From a virus, in IMG/VR virus record IMGVR_UViG_3300034061_001913, positions 10,217 to 74,216 of that record: a stretch of 64,000 bases of DNA; one strand, given 5' to 3'. A model generated the notes under the pieces. The model did not search any database, was not told where the DNA came from, and worked only from the letters and a program-made list of their open reading frames with translations. A program made the position numbers and the translations under genes. This document shows, piece after piece, positions 28,837 through 38,655 of the stretch. Position 1 is the stretch's first letter; each line of letters starts with the position of its first letter.

Positions 28837-29303
28837 TAGTCTTTTACCTCAAAATGCATAAAATCTCGATTTTGCTCTCTACCTAAAGATGTTAAGCCGT
28901 TCTTATAAGCTATGTCAATCATAGCTTTATATTCTGGTCTTGCAAATCTTGCAGTCTTGCTAGTTTCTTTAAGTTGGTTTCTTTCTGGGTCCAAGTCAAT
29001 TGCAATTCCCCAAGAATGGCGACTAAATTCTGTACCGCCTCTCATAGCTCTGTAATTGAAACATCCGCCAAAAATATCTATGCCCAGCTCTACTAGCTTT
29101 TCATATCCGTAATGGGCCAAGAGTTCATTAAAGAATCCTGTGAATCTATCAGCAGCTAGTCTATGGCATTTCATCTTAGTTACTTTAACAGACTTATCCC
29201 AGGCTAGTCGCATAGGATAAGGTAAGTTGATAGTAACAAGGTATGGTTTTCCGTCTTGAGTTGGTTTACCATATTTCTCAAAACATTGTTTTTGGGTTAT
29301 CAT
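28836..29303 (-). CDS. Endolysin, peptidase M15 family
   Basis: NYR, SRHSWGIAID and DFMHFE. Confidence 0.9.
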   Translation of the reverse strand: MITQKQCFEKYGKPTQDGKPYLVTINLPYPMRLAWDKSVKVTKMKCHRLAADRFTGFFNELLAHYGYEKLVELGIDIFGGCFNYRAMRGGTEFSRHSWGIAIDLDPERNQLKETSKTARFARPEYKAMIDIAYKNGLTSLGREQNRDFMHFEVKD

Positions 29304-29310
29304 GGTTTGG

Positions 29311-29340
29311 CAAAAATAGATTTTTAAAAAATTAAGTCAA
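29311..29340 (-). promoter_or_regulatory. Bacteroidota-type promoter for the lysis genes
   Basis: Minus strand TTG(ACT)-N19-TATTTTTG, just upstream of the endolysin ATG. Confidence 0.7.
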
Positions 29341-29345
29341 TACTC

Positions 29346-32300
29346 CTATTCAATCACGTTGTCTTCCATCTCATTTAGTAGTGCCCTTTGTTCTGAGCCT
29401 TTCCAATACAGTTCACTTTGTTTTTGCTCAATCAATCTTCTTAGAGATGTTCTGTATTCAACGTCGTCAGTTTGGCTTGCTTCAATACTCAAAGCTTTGA
29501 TTGCTTTTTTAAGCTGCTTCATGCCCTTTCGTGTTTCTTGTAGATCTTCCTCAGTAGATTGTAAATAGTATTTTGGGTTATAGTGAGTAAAGGTTCTATA
29601 TCTATATTCCGGATTAAGGAAGTAGTTCATAGACCCAGCTAGTTTACTTTGTTCTAGGAATAAAGCAACTATATTAGAGTGTCCTTTTAAAGCAGGGTTA
29701 ATTGGAACATCTTTACGATTTGATATATAACCATCTTTGTCTCTTTGTACGTATTCGTCAAATAGGTTATAAGTTTCTTGTGTAGCAAAACTATAACCCT
29801 CTCTCAACAAATCATAACTTGCTTGGTAAGGAAGCAGTACATTCTTACTAGTGTAATATTGAACTATGTTTACTTGAGTATTCTTATCAGTAACTCTTCC
29901 GTAGTATATAGAAGCAGGACTAGCAATAGGATGCAAAGTCTCTATTTCATCTATAAGATATACTAAGTTGTAGAGTGCAAAGTAAGTACCCCAGTTATCT
30001 TCGTCATCACCTGAATCTCCTTTAACTAAACCAGACAAAGCATAAGCTATAGACATAAGAGTTACAATTGCTAGTGTGTCATACAAAGCACCTCTTAATG
30101 CTCTTCTTGATGTACGATCTAAGGTTAACATATAAGCTTGTATACCTTCTTTTCCTTGGGTAAGAGCTTTAAGGAATTTATAAGACTGTTCAACAACAGC
30201 TCTATAAAAACCTTCATACTCATAACCTCCGCCATAAGAAATTCTTCTACCACCAAAACGTCTAATAGCTTGATAAGCTAACCAGCTTCTCATGTAACCG
30301 GCTAGTCTACCTAGAGCAAATCTTTTGTATTCTCCTTGGTCCATTTTTGCATAAGCTCCATTTACAACTGCTGTTATGCTATGAAGCTTTTTCATAAAGT
30401 AAGACTCTTGAGCTTTTACTTCGGCCTCATCAAACTCAGGCTTTATTCTAATCTCTCCATCTACTATTTCATAGGCATCTTTTAAGGTTCTTTGCTCACC
30501 TGACGTATTCTTGATAAAAGTCTTTTTCAAAAGGGCCTCATAGATACCAATAGTAGTTTCCATTTCAAGGAAGCTTCTTCCAAATCTAAGCAAGCTTAAT
30601 GGGCTATAAGTTTTACCTTCTCTGAAAGGATTGTTAACAATGTTTCTTAGCTTTTCATTCTGTTCTTTTGGGAACACATGGAAGTAATCAAGCATCTTAA
30701 CATAATCAGATTCTCTTCCTACACGAGTATCTCTATCGGCCAAGAACAAGTCTTTAATATGTAGTGCGCCTTCTCCCATTCCAGCAAATATGTCTCCAGG
30801 GGATAAATCAAATTCTCCTGCTTGGATTAGTGTATTTTGTAAGTTACTGAAAAAGTTCTTTATTGCAGAAGGTACGTTATAGTTCAAAGAAAGCTTTCTT
30901 CCTGCACTAAGTAATGGGTCAGACAATAAACCTATAAGTCTACCAAACTTACCGTCTCTAGTGTTTATTCCAAAGAGTTGTTTTTCATAAAGATTCTCAA
31001 TCATCTTTATGGTGTACTGTCCTTTTTCTTCTTTGCCTATTTTCTTAGAAGACAGAATATCTTCTAGACCGAATAGAGTTGGTGCGTTCTTGAGAGCTAT
31101 TTTAAACTTTTCAGCTTCGTGGTTGAACATAGTTAAAGAGGCAAATACGTTTCTGCTCTTTAAGCCTCTGTCCATATTAGAAGAGTACTTTAAATAAAGT
31201 TTTCTGTGTACTCTACTAGAAGTTTTTACACCGGCCAAGGAATCTTCGTCTTCTTCGTTAACACCTAAAACATTATCTCTAACATCTAAGTATTTTAGCC
31301 TTAATTGTTCTACAGGATTTAAAGTCAAGCCAAAGTTTGTAAACTTATCTTTTCTTACAGAAGGAAGCACTAGTCCTCTTCTTAAAGAAGCTGGCAAGTC
31401 TTGCTGGCTTTTCTGATTCATCTCAGTCAACTCTGCTAAGATTTCTCTTTCTGCAGGGTCAAGATTGTTGTATGATTCATTTACATACTGAGAAGTTGGT
31501 CTTAACTGTACTCTTCCTGGAATATATTTATAATCAGGATTAACAAACAAAGGCTTACCTGTTTGAGGATTTAGTACTTGATCGTTTACCCGGTATGAAT
31601 TCCAACGGAAAGAAGGAGTAGTTCTATTGATATATCTTTCGTCTACAACTTCATTAATAGAATCCCAAGGAAGTATCTCATTCCAGAAGTAAAGAGGTTC
31701 AAAACTCTTTATTTTTCTTCTAACCATAGGATCAAACTTCTCTACAGGAATGTGGTTAGCTTTAAACCAAGGAGACTTTTGGAAAGCAATCATTACCTCT
31801 CTATCAATAGCTGATGTGTTAAGCAAAGATTCTTTTTCATACAAAACGTTAAGGGCTTCTCTAGCTGCCATTTCTCCTATCTCTAATGCTGTTAAGTTAG
31901 GATACTTCTTTTGAGTAGCTAAGGTTGCTTCTTTTAGATACTTTTCATAGTTTAAAGCAAGGTCCGGATTTAACTGCATAAACTCAACAACTACTTGAGC
32001 CCTAGTTTGTGACAAGGCATTATTATAAGCAGCCGTATAATAATCAGTTGATTGTCTAGTTTGAATGTCATTTAACTGAGCAAACAAATCTGCAAGGATA
32101 GCTTTGTCTTCTTTAGAAACTAGCTTTGCTTTTTTGAACTCATCCATGTTAGAGTTAAGCTCTTCTTGGAGTTCCTTAATTCTAGTGCTTATATCTAAAG
32201 GAATGTTAGTACCTACATAAATACCGTTTGAATCTCTATAACCTTTAAGTAGGTTAAAGATTTCGTCCCAGATTTCTGAAGCAGTTCTAATATTTACATT

Positions 32301-34274
32301 CTCTTCTTGGAAAACTTCTAAGTAATCTGCTTGAATTTCAGATATAGCATCTAAGATTTCTCTTCTTTGTTTGTACCAATCAGGGTCAATAGTACGTCTT
32401 ACGTTTGCTTTAGACCAAGAATCAAGATTTTGTTTGGCTACATAAATAGCTCTTTTTGCGTCAGACAAACTGGCTGCAGTAACTTCTCCTTTATTATATA
32501 AGTCTAGTATCTCTTCGTAAGACTTTTCTGCTTTAGTTACTGCACTTGTATACTCATCTAGTTTGGCTTTCCATTGGTTTAATTTATCTTCGTCTGGTTC
32601 ATAGGTAAAGAGTTGAGCAGCTCTTGTAGATTCTTTCCACTTTTTAATGTCCTCAGCTATAGCTAAATCCTCACCTACTTTAGGTGTACCATCTAAGTAA
32701 ACAAAAGACTCTAATCTTTCTAGTTGAAAGCGAAGGTCTTCTATCTGTTCCATAACCATATCATTCAAAATGTCTCCACGATCTCTAGATTCTAGAAGTT
32801 TCATTTTGTCTATGATAGCTTTACGGGCTCTCTTTGCTCTCAAGGAAAGAGAACTCATTACTTGATAGTACTCTTCTGTTAATCCTCTGTCTTCGTTGGC
32901 TTCAACAAAACGAGCTAGGTTTTCTTCATCTTCAAAAGTATCCTCACCATTTAGTTTCTTTTGAGCTATAGCGTGTTCTTTTCTTACTCTTTCGTTTTTG
33001 TAACCAATCTCATCCATCTCAGACTGAAGAGCTAAGTCTTGTCTTGTTTCAAGTTCACCATTTTGATTTACAAAAACTACATCTACTTCTCTTACGTATG
33101 TGTCAAAGAAACTATCCTCGTTTAAACTTGTTAGGAAGTTTCCTCCTTTGCTTCTATAGTGGTCTAGTGCTTTTTTAACAAGCTTAGACATTTGGTTTTG
33201 AAACTTCTGAGAGTTCTGGTCTGCAGTTGTTTGCATATCCCAGATAAAATTACCTGTAGAACCAGTTAATATGTTGGAAGACAACTGAGCAGATTCAAGC
33301 CAATAAGACCACCAGTTTACATGGTCTTGGTTTTCAAACCCTTCCTCTTCTAAAGCCTTTTGAATATTCTCTTTAGTTGCATATTGTTGGGCTCTCTTTT
33401 CTAATTTAACTATAGCTTGCTTTAGAGTGTCTATTACTTGCTTTCTATTTTTTGTAGGACCTTGTTCTTGTAATCTTTCAAGCCTTTGTTTTTCTGCTCT
33501 TAGCTTCTCTAGTTCTTTTTGGTTATTGGCAAGAAGCTCTTGAGACTGTTTATGTATAACAGTAGCAAGTTCTGCAGCTACTCTAGGTATTGAAAACTTT
33601 TCATTCTTTTCTTTGATAGCCTTAGCACTTGATTCTATACTAGCCATAACTTCTTTTAAGAAGTTGGTTCCAGTACTATCCATCATAGATTTAAAGTAAG
33701 GCTTCCAATCATTTATACTGTTCTTTAGTTGGTTTGCTAGTTGAGTAGCAAAGTATGCAGTGCTTGCTCTTTCTTTTTCCGGAATACTCTCATCAGCTAA
33801 GTGGGCCGATAAAGCTTCTTCCATTGCTTTTAAGTATGTAGAGTTTTCATACAAGTAACTAAGTATGCCTTCTGCTATCTTTTTAATATCGGTTTCAGAA
33901 GCAAGGTCCTCTAGAATTCTAGAAGAACCTATCAAAGATATATTTTTAATCTGTGCCCTCTTTGCCAAGTCTATAATAGCTGGCCAATTTGTGCTTTCTA
34001 TTAAACCACGTAGTTTACTATAAAAGTCGTCAGTCTTTTCTAACTCATCTTTAAGTTGGTCTAACGAGTCTAGGTTCCTAGCAATAGCTGGGTGGATATA
34101 AGACTGTTTTTCTAGTCTTATCTGATTGTATATACTTGTTGCTAGTTCCGGAGTTAAAGGACGATTAGTATACTTTTCATTGTATACCTCAAGAATCTTA
34201 GAGGTAGCTACCTCATTAAAAAGAAGTACTATTGCTTTAACTTCTGGATCGTTTATATTTAGACAAGTTGCCAT
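29346..34274 (-). CDS. Giant helical virion cargo protein (1642 aa)
   Basis: Last of the giant genes; coiled-coil-rich; hydrophobic segment TLAIVTLMSIAYALSGLV; single Cys at residue 4. Confidence 0.7.
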   Translation of the reverse strand: MATCLNINDPEVKAIVLLFNEVATSKILEVYNEKYTNRPLTPELATSIYNQIRLEKQSYIHPAIARNLDSLDQLKDELEKTDDFYSKLRGLIESTNWPAIIDLAKRAQIKNISLIGSSRILEDLASETDIKKIAEGILSYLYENSTYLKAMEEALSAHLADESIPEKERASTAYFATQLANQLKNSINDWKPYFKSMMDSTGTNFLKEVMASIESSAKAIKEKNEKFSIPRVAAELATVIHKQSQELLANNQKELEKLRAEKQRLERLQEQGPTKNRKQVIDTLKQAIVKLEKRAQQYATKENIQKALEEEGFENQDHVNWWSYWLESAQLSSNILTGSTGNFIWDMQTTADQNSQKFQNQMSKLVKKALDHYRSKGGNFLTSLNEDSFFDTYVREVDVVFVNQNGELETRQDLALQSEMDEIGYKNERVRKEHAIAQKKLNGEDTFEDEENLARFVEANEDRGLTEEYYQVMSSLSLRAKRARKAIIDKMKLLESRDRGDILNDMVMEQIEDLRFQLERLESFVYLDGTPKVGEDLAIAEDIKKWKESTRAAQLFTYEPDEDKLNQWKAKLDEYTSAVTKAEKSYEEILDLYNKGEVTAASLSDAKRAIYVAKQNLDSWSKANVRRTIDPDWYKQRREILDAISEIQADYLEVFQEENVNIRTASEIWDEIFNLLKGYRDSNGIYVGTNIPLDISTRIKELQEELNSNMDEFKKAKLVSKEDKAILADLFAQLNDIQTRQSTDYYTAAYNNALSQTRAQVVVEFMQLNPDLALNYEKYLKEATLATQKKYPNLTALEIGEMAAREALNVLYEKESLLNTSAIDREVMIAFQKSPWFKANHIPVEKFDPMVRRKIKSFEPLYFWNEILPWDSINEVVDERYINRTTPSFRWNSYRVNDQVLNPQTGKPLFVNPDYKYIPGRVQLRPTSQYVNESYNNLDPAEREILAELTEMNQKSQQDLPASLRRGLVLPSVRKDKFTNFGLTLNPVEQLRLKYLDVRDNVLGVNEEDEDSLAGVKTSSRVHRKLYLKYSSNMDRGLKSRNVFASLTMFNHEAEKFKIALKNAPTLFGLEDILSSKKIGKEEKGQYTIKMIENLYEKQLFGINTRDGKFGRLIGLLSDPLLSAGRKLSLNYNVPSAIKNFFSNLQNTLIQAGEFDLSPGDIFAGMGEGALHIKDLFLADRDTRVGRESDYVKMLDYFHVFPKEQNEKLRNIVNNPFREGKTYSPLSLLRFGRSFLEMETTIGIYEALLKKTFIKNTSGEQRTLKDAYEIVDGEIRIKPEFDEAEVKAQESYFMKKLHSITAVVNGAYAKMDQGEYKRFALGRLAGYMRSWLAYQAIRRFGGRRISYGGGYEYEGFYRAVVEQSYKFLKALTQGKEGIQAYMLTLDRTSRRALRGALYDTLAIVTLMSIAYALSGLVKGDSGDDEDNWGTYFALYNLVYLIDEIETLHPIASPASIYYGRVTDKNTQVNIVQYYTSKNVLLPYQASYDLLREGYSFATQETYNLFDEYVQRDKDGYISNRKDVPINPALKGHSNIVALFLEQSKLAGSMNYFLNPEYRYRTFTHYNPKYYLQSTEEDLQETRKGMKQLKKAIKALSIEASQTDDVEYRTSLRRLIEQKQSELYWKGSEQRALLNEMEDNVIE

Positions 34275-34300
34275 GTATTTTTTTGTGTTTATTTTTCGGT

Positions 34301-34570
34301 TTACAATTTACAGCTAAGGAAGTATTCTTTTGCATCTTCCTCTGGCATATTTGGGTTTTCTTCAATAAAGTCTTCTAGCTGGTCTTCTATGGAAGGTTCC
34401 ATAGTTGTTTCTGTGGCGGTAGGTTGAGATTTAAGAAACTGTTTAAATCCTTCTATATCTTCTTTATTACCTAAAAAATTACCAGCAAACTCAAAAAAAT
34501 GAGATTTAAAATACTCATTAAATTCTGGTTGAGAGTATTTTTTATTATTATATGTTATTGTGCAAGCCAT
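34301..34570 (-). CDS. 89-aa mini cargo/linker protein
   Basis: Cys3 and Cys87; [13 protein letters not shown] resembles [13 protein letters not shown] in the 1146-aa protein. Confidence 0.65.
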   Translation of the reverse strand: MACTITYNNKKYSQPEFNEYFKSHFFEFAGNFLGNKEDIEGFKQFLKSQPTATETTMEPSIEDQLEDFIEENPNMPEEDAKEYFLSCKL

Positions 34571-35202
34571 ATTTGATTGTTCTTTATTTTGTAAATTGTT
34601 GTAATTGAAACATTAAATTTATTAGCTAATTCTTTTACTGATTTATTAGAACTTCTAATAAAAGAAACACTATCCCAATTCAATTTAGCAGAATTATTAT
34701 TCTGCCCTTTTTTAGATTCTGATAATTCTTTAGCTCTCTTTTGAGCAGCTAATTTAAGATTTAATTTATGTTCTTCTGAAAATATTTTTCCCTTACCAGA
34801 TTCAGACATTTTGTTTTTAGTTTCTTCTGAAACAGTAAATCCATAACCTCTTACAGCTTTACCTTTTCTTTTTTCTGACATTTTTTGTTTAGTTTCATCT
34901 GATGCTTTTAAACCGTAATTACTTTCTGCAATCAATCTAATGTTAAATTTATTGCTGTACTGTTTTAAAAACCATTGTTCTAATTTAATACAATATTCAG
35001 AAGGACATGTTGCTAATATTTTAAAATCTACATTTTCAATTCCATATTTATTTACAAAGTTTTGTAAGGGTTTATTTACATGAAAATTAGACCTTAATTT
35101 ATCAAAATGTGTTTTCTTTCTTAAACAAAAATTGGTTGCAGAGCCTATATAAACCCTATTATCTATTTTAGAAAATATTCCGTAAACTCCTGAATTTAAC
35201 AT
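34555..35202 (-). CDS. Free-standing GIY-YIG homing endonuclease with NUMOD3-like repeats
   Basis: GVY...YIGSA, R..H, LEQ and [10 protein letters not shown] repeats; C-terminal HTH-like segment. Confidence 0.9.
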   Translation of the reverse strand: MLNSGVYGIFSKIDNRVYIGSATNFCLRKKTHFDKLRSNFHVNKPLQNFVNKYGIENVDFKILATCPSEYCIKLEQWFLKQYSNKFNIRLIAESNYGLKASDETKQKMSEKRKGKAVRGYGFTVSEETKNKMSESGKGKIFSEEHKLNLKLAAQKRAKELSESKKGQNNNSAKLNWDSVSFIRSSNKSVKELANKFNVSITTIYKIKNNQIWLAQ

Positions 35203-38200
35203 ACTCTATCTATTTTACCAGTTTCTATTAATCTGTTTTCTATTTCCATAGAAGACTTGTTTATAATAAATTGTCTGAATTGTTCATAAGTTCCATATTT
35301 AGCAAATTCGCTATTTTCAAAAGCCATGTAATTTTTGAAACCTTGAATATCAGTTTTAGATAAAAGTATATGTATTTGTTCTGGTTCAAATACTATAATT
35401 TGTTCTTCGTTAATTCCAAAAGTTTCTTTTTCATCCACATCTTTTGCAATTACCGCATCATGAACCTTTATCCATTTTTGTACATTCTGCTTATTCCAAT
35501 TATTTATCCATTCTGGGTTTTCCTTAGTATTAATCTGTTCTTCCGCTACTATTTGTCCTATTTCCTTCCAATGAGTTTCTTCTTTTATTATTCTTGGATT
35601 TTTAATATTAAGCAAAATAGGATAAATAGTTTCTTTATATTTATCTTTTACACTTTTTTGATATTCTTTATTTGATGCAATTTCTTCATTTTCATCGTAT
35701 TTTTCTGAAATTTCAGTGTCTATTCTGTCTTGTGTTCTAAAAGAAGAGTATCTTTCAGCAGTTTCTTTATTTCCAAACCAATATCCTCTAATATTATTTG
35801 GAGCTTTAAAATTTTCAATATTAGGATTACTTGTACCATGATAAACAATATCTTTTACTTGACTATCAGGAAAGATAGTATCTAAATACTGAGAGTATGC
35901 TTGTAAAGCTTGTTGTTTTTGCTCTGGGGTTATTGAAGAAAAGACTTCGTTATTACCATCAAAGACTCCTACAGTTCCTTGTATGGTATCAGTTAATGGT
36001 TGTACTTTGTCTAGATTCTTTTGTATCTCTTCGTTGCTTTCAAAAGGTTTTACTCCTTTAGCAGTTGATAGTGTGATGTGAGGGAATCTGTTTTTAGACA
36101 AAGGATTGTCTACAAGTAAAACATCTACTTTATATGTGGTAAGTCTTCCTACTATCTTAATCTCTTTGTTTTGTCCTATAGGAAGTCCGGTTAGATCACT
36201 TGGTTTAAATTCAATAGTAGAATGATGTGAGTACAGATTAGGATGAACTTGTTTGTATTTTGAAACTACATCATTTGTATCAAAGAACACAGCACTATAT
36301 ACAACGTTAGTTGCTTTAGGTTTAAACCCTAATGCTTCGTACACTTGATTAGCCAACTCAAAGTCAGAGTCAAATAGCTCTTCTAGTCCTGGTTTGATGA
36401 TTACAGATTCTTTTTTTGTAGGAAGCTGGTAATACATTAATCGACTCTTTAAGTCAACAGGTGCTTCTATAGTGTCGCTAAACGGTTTCCACTTTTGGTA
36501 ATCGTAGGAATCTTTAGGTCTGCCCATAGTAGATTGCTTTTCATAAAAAGACTCCGAGAAGTGATTGAGGGTTAATCCATACTCTTTCTCTGCTATAACA
36601 GTATACTCGCTAGAATCTCTAGGAGACAAGAAGAAGTCAAACAAGTACATCTTGGCAAGTTCTTCTTCGGTGTAGTTAGAAAGTCTTTTATTAAAAGAAC
36701 CAGTATAGCTTTTAAAACGGTCTTTGAGGCTTTGGTCTTCTGACCATATTGCATTTATTGTAACGTAGTTAACACCAGCTTTGTTATTGTTGTAAGCATA
36801 AAGAAACTCGGTGTCTGGGTACTGTTGTTTAAGTTCTCTTAAAACAGGAATTTTTTGTGCTAGTTTTTCAGCGTTTATTCTTACGTAGCCAAGGTTGCCT
36901 CTGATTTCAGAAATGTCTTTTGTTAACTCAACAAAATCTTCTATATCTAAAGAAATGCCGTGAATGTTTTGAGGAACTACATTATCTATATCATGTAAAG
37001 CATCTATATTAGGTCTGTATGTTTCTCCTTGGTAACGGTAAGACAAGCTTCCAGTAATGATCATGCCGTGGTCTGAAAACCATTTCATGAATTTTAACGC
37101 TTTTCCACCATCTTTTTTATTCTGTTGTTTTATAGTTTCAGAATAAGAGAGCAGATTGTAGTTAGCAGTACTTCTTTGAATCCTGTCTAGCTTTTTGTAG
37201 TTGTTATTAAGAATGTCTCTAGCAATAGAATCTGCTGCAGTGTTCAAAGAAACATAAGGAACAGTGTCTAACAAGCTAAACACATAGTCAATAAGCTCTT
37301 TTACTTTGGCCCAGAAGGTTTTTGATTTATCCATACCTTCATAGTTTCTTACTAGAGCCAAACCAATAACTTGTCCTATAGCTTCTTTTTTAATCCTAAA
37401 GTAATCAGGATTGCCTAGAGGTGTAACATACAAATTCTTATAGTCATTAACGACTCTTTCATATCCTTCCCAAGATTCTATGTTATCAAATAGATATGTA
37501 ATCAAAGGGTTCTCTGATTTTTTACCTGGGATGGCTCCTAGTAGTTCAACAAAGACGTGACCGTATTCTTCTGGCACAGTAAGAAGGTTTCGATTTTTTG
37601 CATAATAAACCGCTTTATTCAAAACGTCAAATACACCAGTGCTGTCTACACCAAACCTATCTTTTAGGCTTTCTATTTCTTCGTTTTTAATGTGGAACCT
37701 TTCAAAGTATTTGATAAGCAAGTTTTCCAACTCTTTGTTAATAGGTTCTAGAATTGCTTTATAATACTGTTCGTTAGAGTTTTTTTCAAACTGTTTTATG
37801 TAAAAGTTTAAAATTTCAGAAACCTTTAAGGTTCTAAGCTGTGGGTTATTATTTACCAACTCTAAGAACTCTTGTCTTAGTTTAGTATCAACCCCTGCTT
37901 TCTTTAAGACCTCGTTTAGATTTTTTTCGGAACCTATACCTAGTACAGATTTGTTTATTGACCGAAGTTTAGTGTTTAATTCATCAATACTATTAAAGAG
38001 ATTTCTAATTTGAAAGAATTTCATTTGGCCGGTTTCATCCATAATAGGCCCAATCTTTTGTTCAGTACCTCTAACTTCAGAACTTTCTACTAACTCTTGT
38101 GCTGGAGGAAACAGATCTAAAGCAATATCAGCAATCTCTTGACCTACCATACTCAAAGCAGTTGTTGCTTCACTAGGGGAAGCTGTTAACTGTTGGGACA

Positions 38201-38636
38201 ATTCAAGTAAACCTTCCTCTACAGTAGAGGGGTCTTTTAATGCAACAGCTCCTATAGCATTGATGTTCTGTGCTAACTTAACTACTTTATCTAGCTTTTC
38301 TTGTTTAATACTCTCTAGCTTTACCACTTCTTTTCTTCTTTTCTCTAGAGCATCAACCACAGAGTTGTTGTAAACCCAACGAGTTGTTGTGTATGTTTTA
38401 CTAAAACCATATACATCAGGCCTTAAACCCTTTACCTCTGAAGTTTGAGTAGTAAGAACTTCTCCTTCTATAGATACTCCAAGCTGTTCTTTTAGCTTAC
38501 GAGAAAACTCTTGGTTGAATAAACCAAAGTATTTTCTATCTAAGATAATGTTGCCATCGACTATAGGCTTTTGTCTATCATTTACATAACTTTTTATATT
38601 GTCTGATATTACAGTATGTATGTTACATTCTTTCAT
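35196..38636 (-). CDS. Polyvalent cargo protein: zincin-like, nucleotidyltransferase, 2H phosphoesterase and ADP-ribosyltransferase domains
   Basis: EEYGH; ITGS...HDID; HST...PHIT; VYHGT...GYWF...LNIKNP...[11 protein letters not shown]. Confidence 0.72.
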   Translation of the reverse strand: MKECNIHTVISDNIKSYVNDRQKPIVDGNIILDRKYFGLFNQEFSRKLKEQLGVSIEGEVLTTQTSEVKGLRPDVYGFSKTYTTTRWVYNNSVVDALEKRRKEVVKLESIKQEKLDKVVKLAQNINAIGAVALKDPSTVEEGLLELSQQLTASPSEATTALSMVGQEIADIALDLFPPAQELVESSEVRGTEQKIGPIMDETGQMKFFQIRNLFNSIDELNTKLRSINKSVLGIGSEKNLNEVLKKAGVDTKLRQEFLELVNNNPQLRTLKVSEILNFYIKQFEKNSNEQYYKAILEPINKELENLLIKYFERFHIKNEEIESLKDRFGVDSTGVFDVLNKAVYYAKNRNLLTVPEEYGHVFVELLGAIPGKKSENPLITYLFDNIESWEGYERVVNDYKNLYVTPLGNPDYFRIKKEAIGQVIGLALVRNYEGMDKSKTFWAKVKELIDYVFSLLDTVPYVSLNTAADSIARDILNNNYKKLDRIQRSTANYNLLSYSETIKQQNKKDGGKALKFMKWFSDHGMIITGSLSYRYQGETYRPNIDALHDIDNVVPQNIHGISLDIEDFVELTKDISEIRGNLGYVRINAEKLAQKIPVLRELKQQYPDTEFLYAYNNNKAGVNYVTINAIWSEDQSLKDRFKSYTGSFNKRLSNYTEEELAKMYLFDFFLSPRDSSEYTVIAEKEYGLTLNHFSESFYEKQSTMGRPKDSYDYQKWKPFSDTIEAPVDLKSRLMYYQLPTKKESVIIKPGLEELFDSDFELANQVYEALGFKPKATNVVYSAVFFDTNDVVSKYKQVHPNLYSHHSTIEFKPSDLTGLPIGQNKEIKIVGRLTTYKVDVLLVDNPLSKNRFPHITLSTAKGVKPFESNEEIQKNLDKVQPLTDTIQGTVGVFDGNNEVFSSITPEQKQQALQAYSQYLDTIFPDSQVKDIVYHGTSNPNIENFKAPNNIRGYWFGNKETAERYSSFRTQDRIDTEISEKYDENEEIASNKEYQKSVKDKYKETIYPILLNIKNPRIIKEETHWKEIGQIVAEEQINTKENPEWINNWNKQNVQKWIKVHDAVIAKDVDEKETFGINEEQIIVFEPEQIHILLSKTDIQGFKNYMAFENSEFAKYGTYEQFRQFIINKSSMEIENRLIETGKIDRVC

Positions 38637-38655
38637 TCTTTTGTTGCTTTATTAC

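Noticed and set aside
34555-35202. Group I intron around the GIY-YIG gene (same test applied to the HNH gene at 60099-60743)
   Set aside because: Both ORFs overlap their neighbours on each side, leaving no non-coding ribozyme sequence.
36480-37090. cGAS/CD-NTase (CBASS) call for the NTase domain
   Set aside because: Only a generic GS...DxD signature is visible, with no CBASS effector context.
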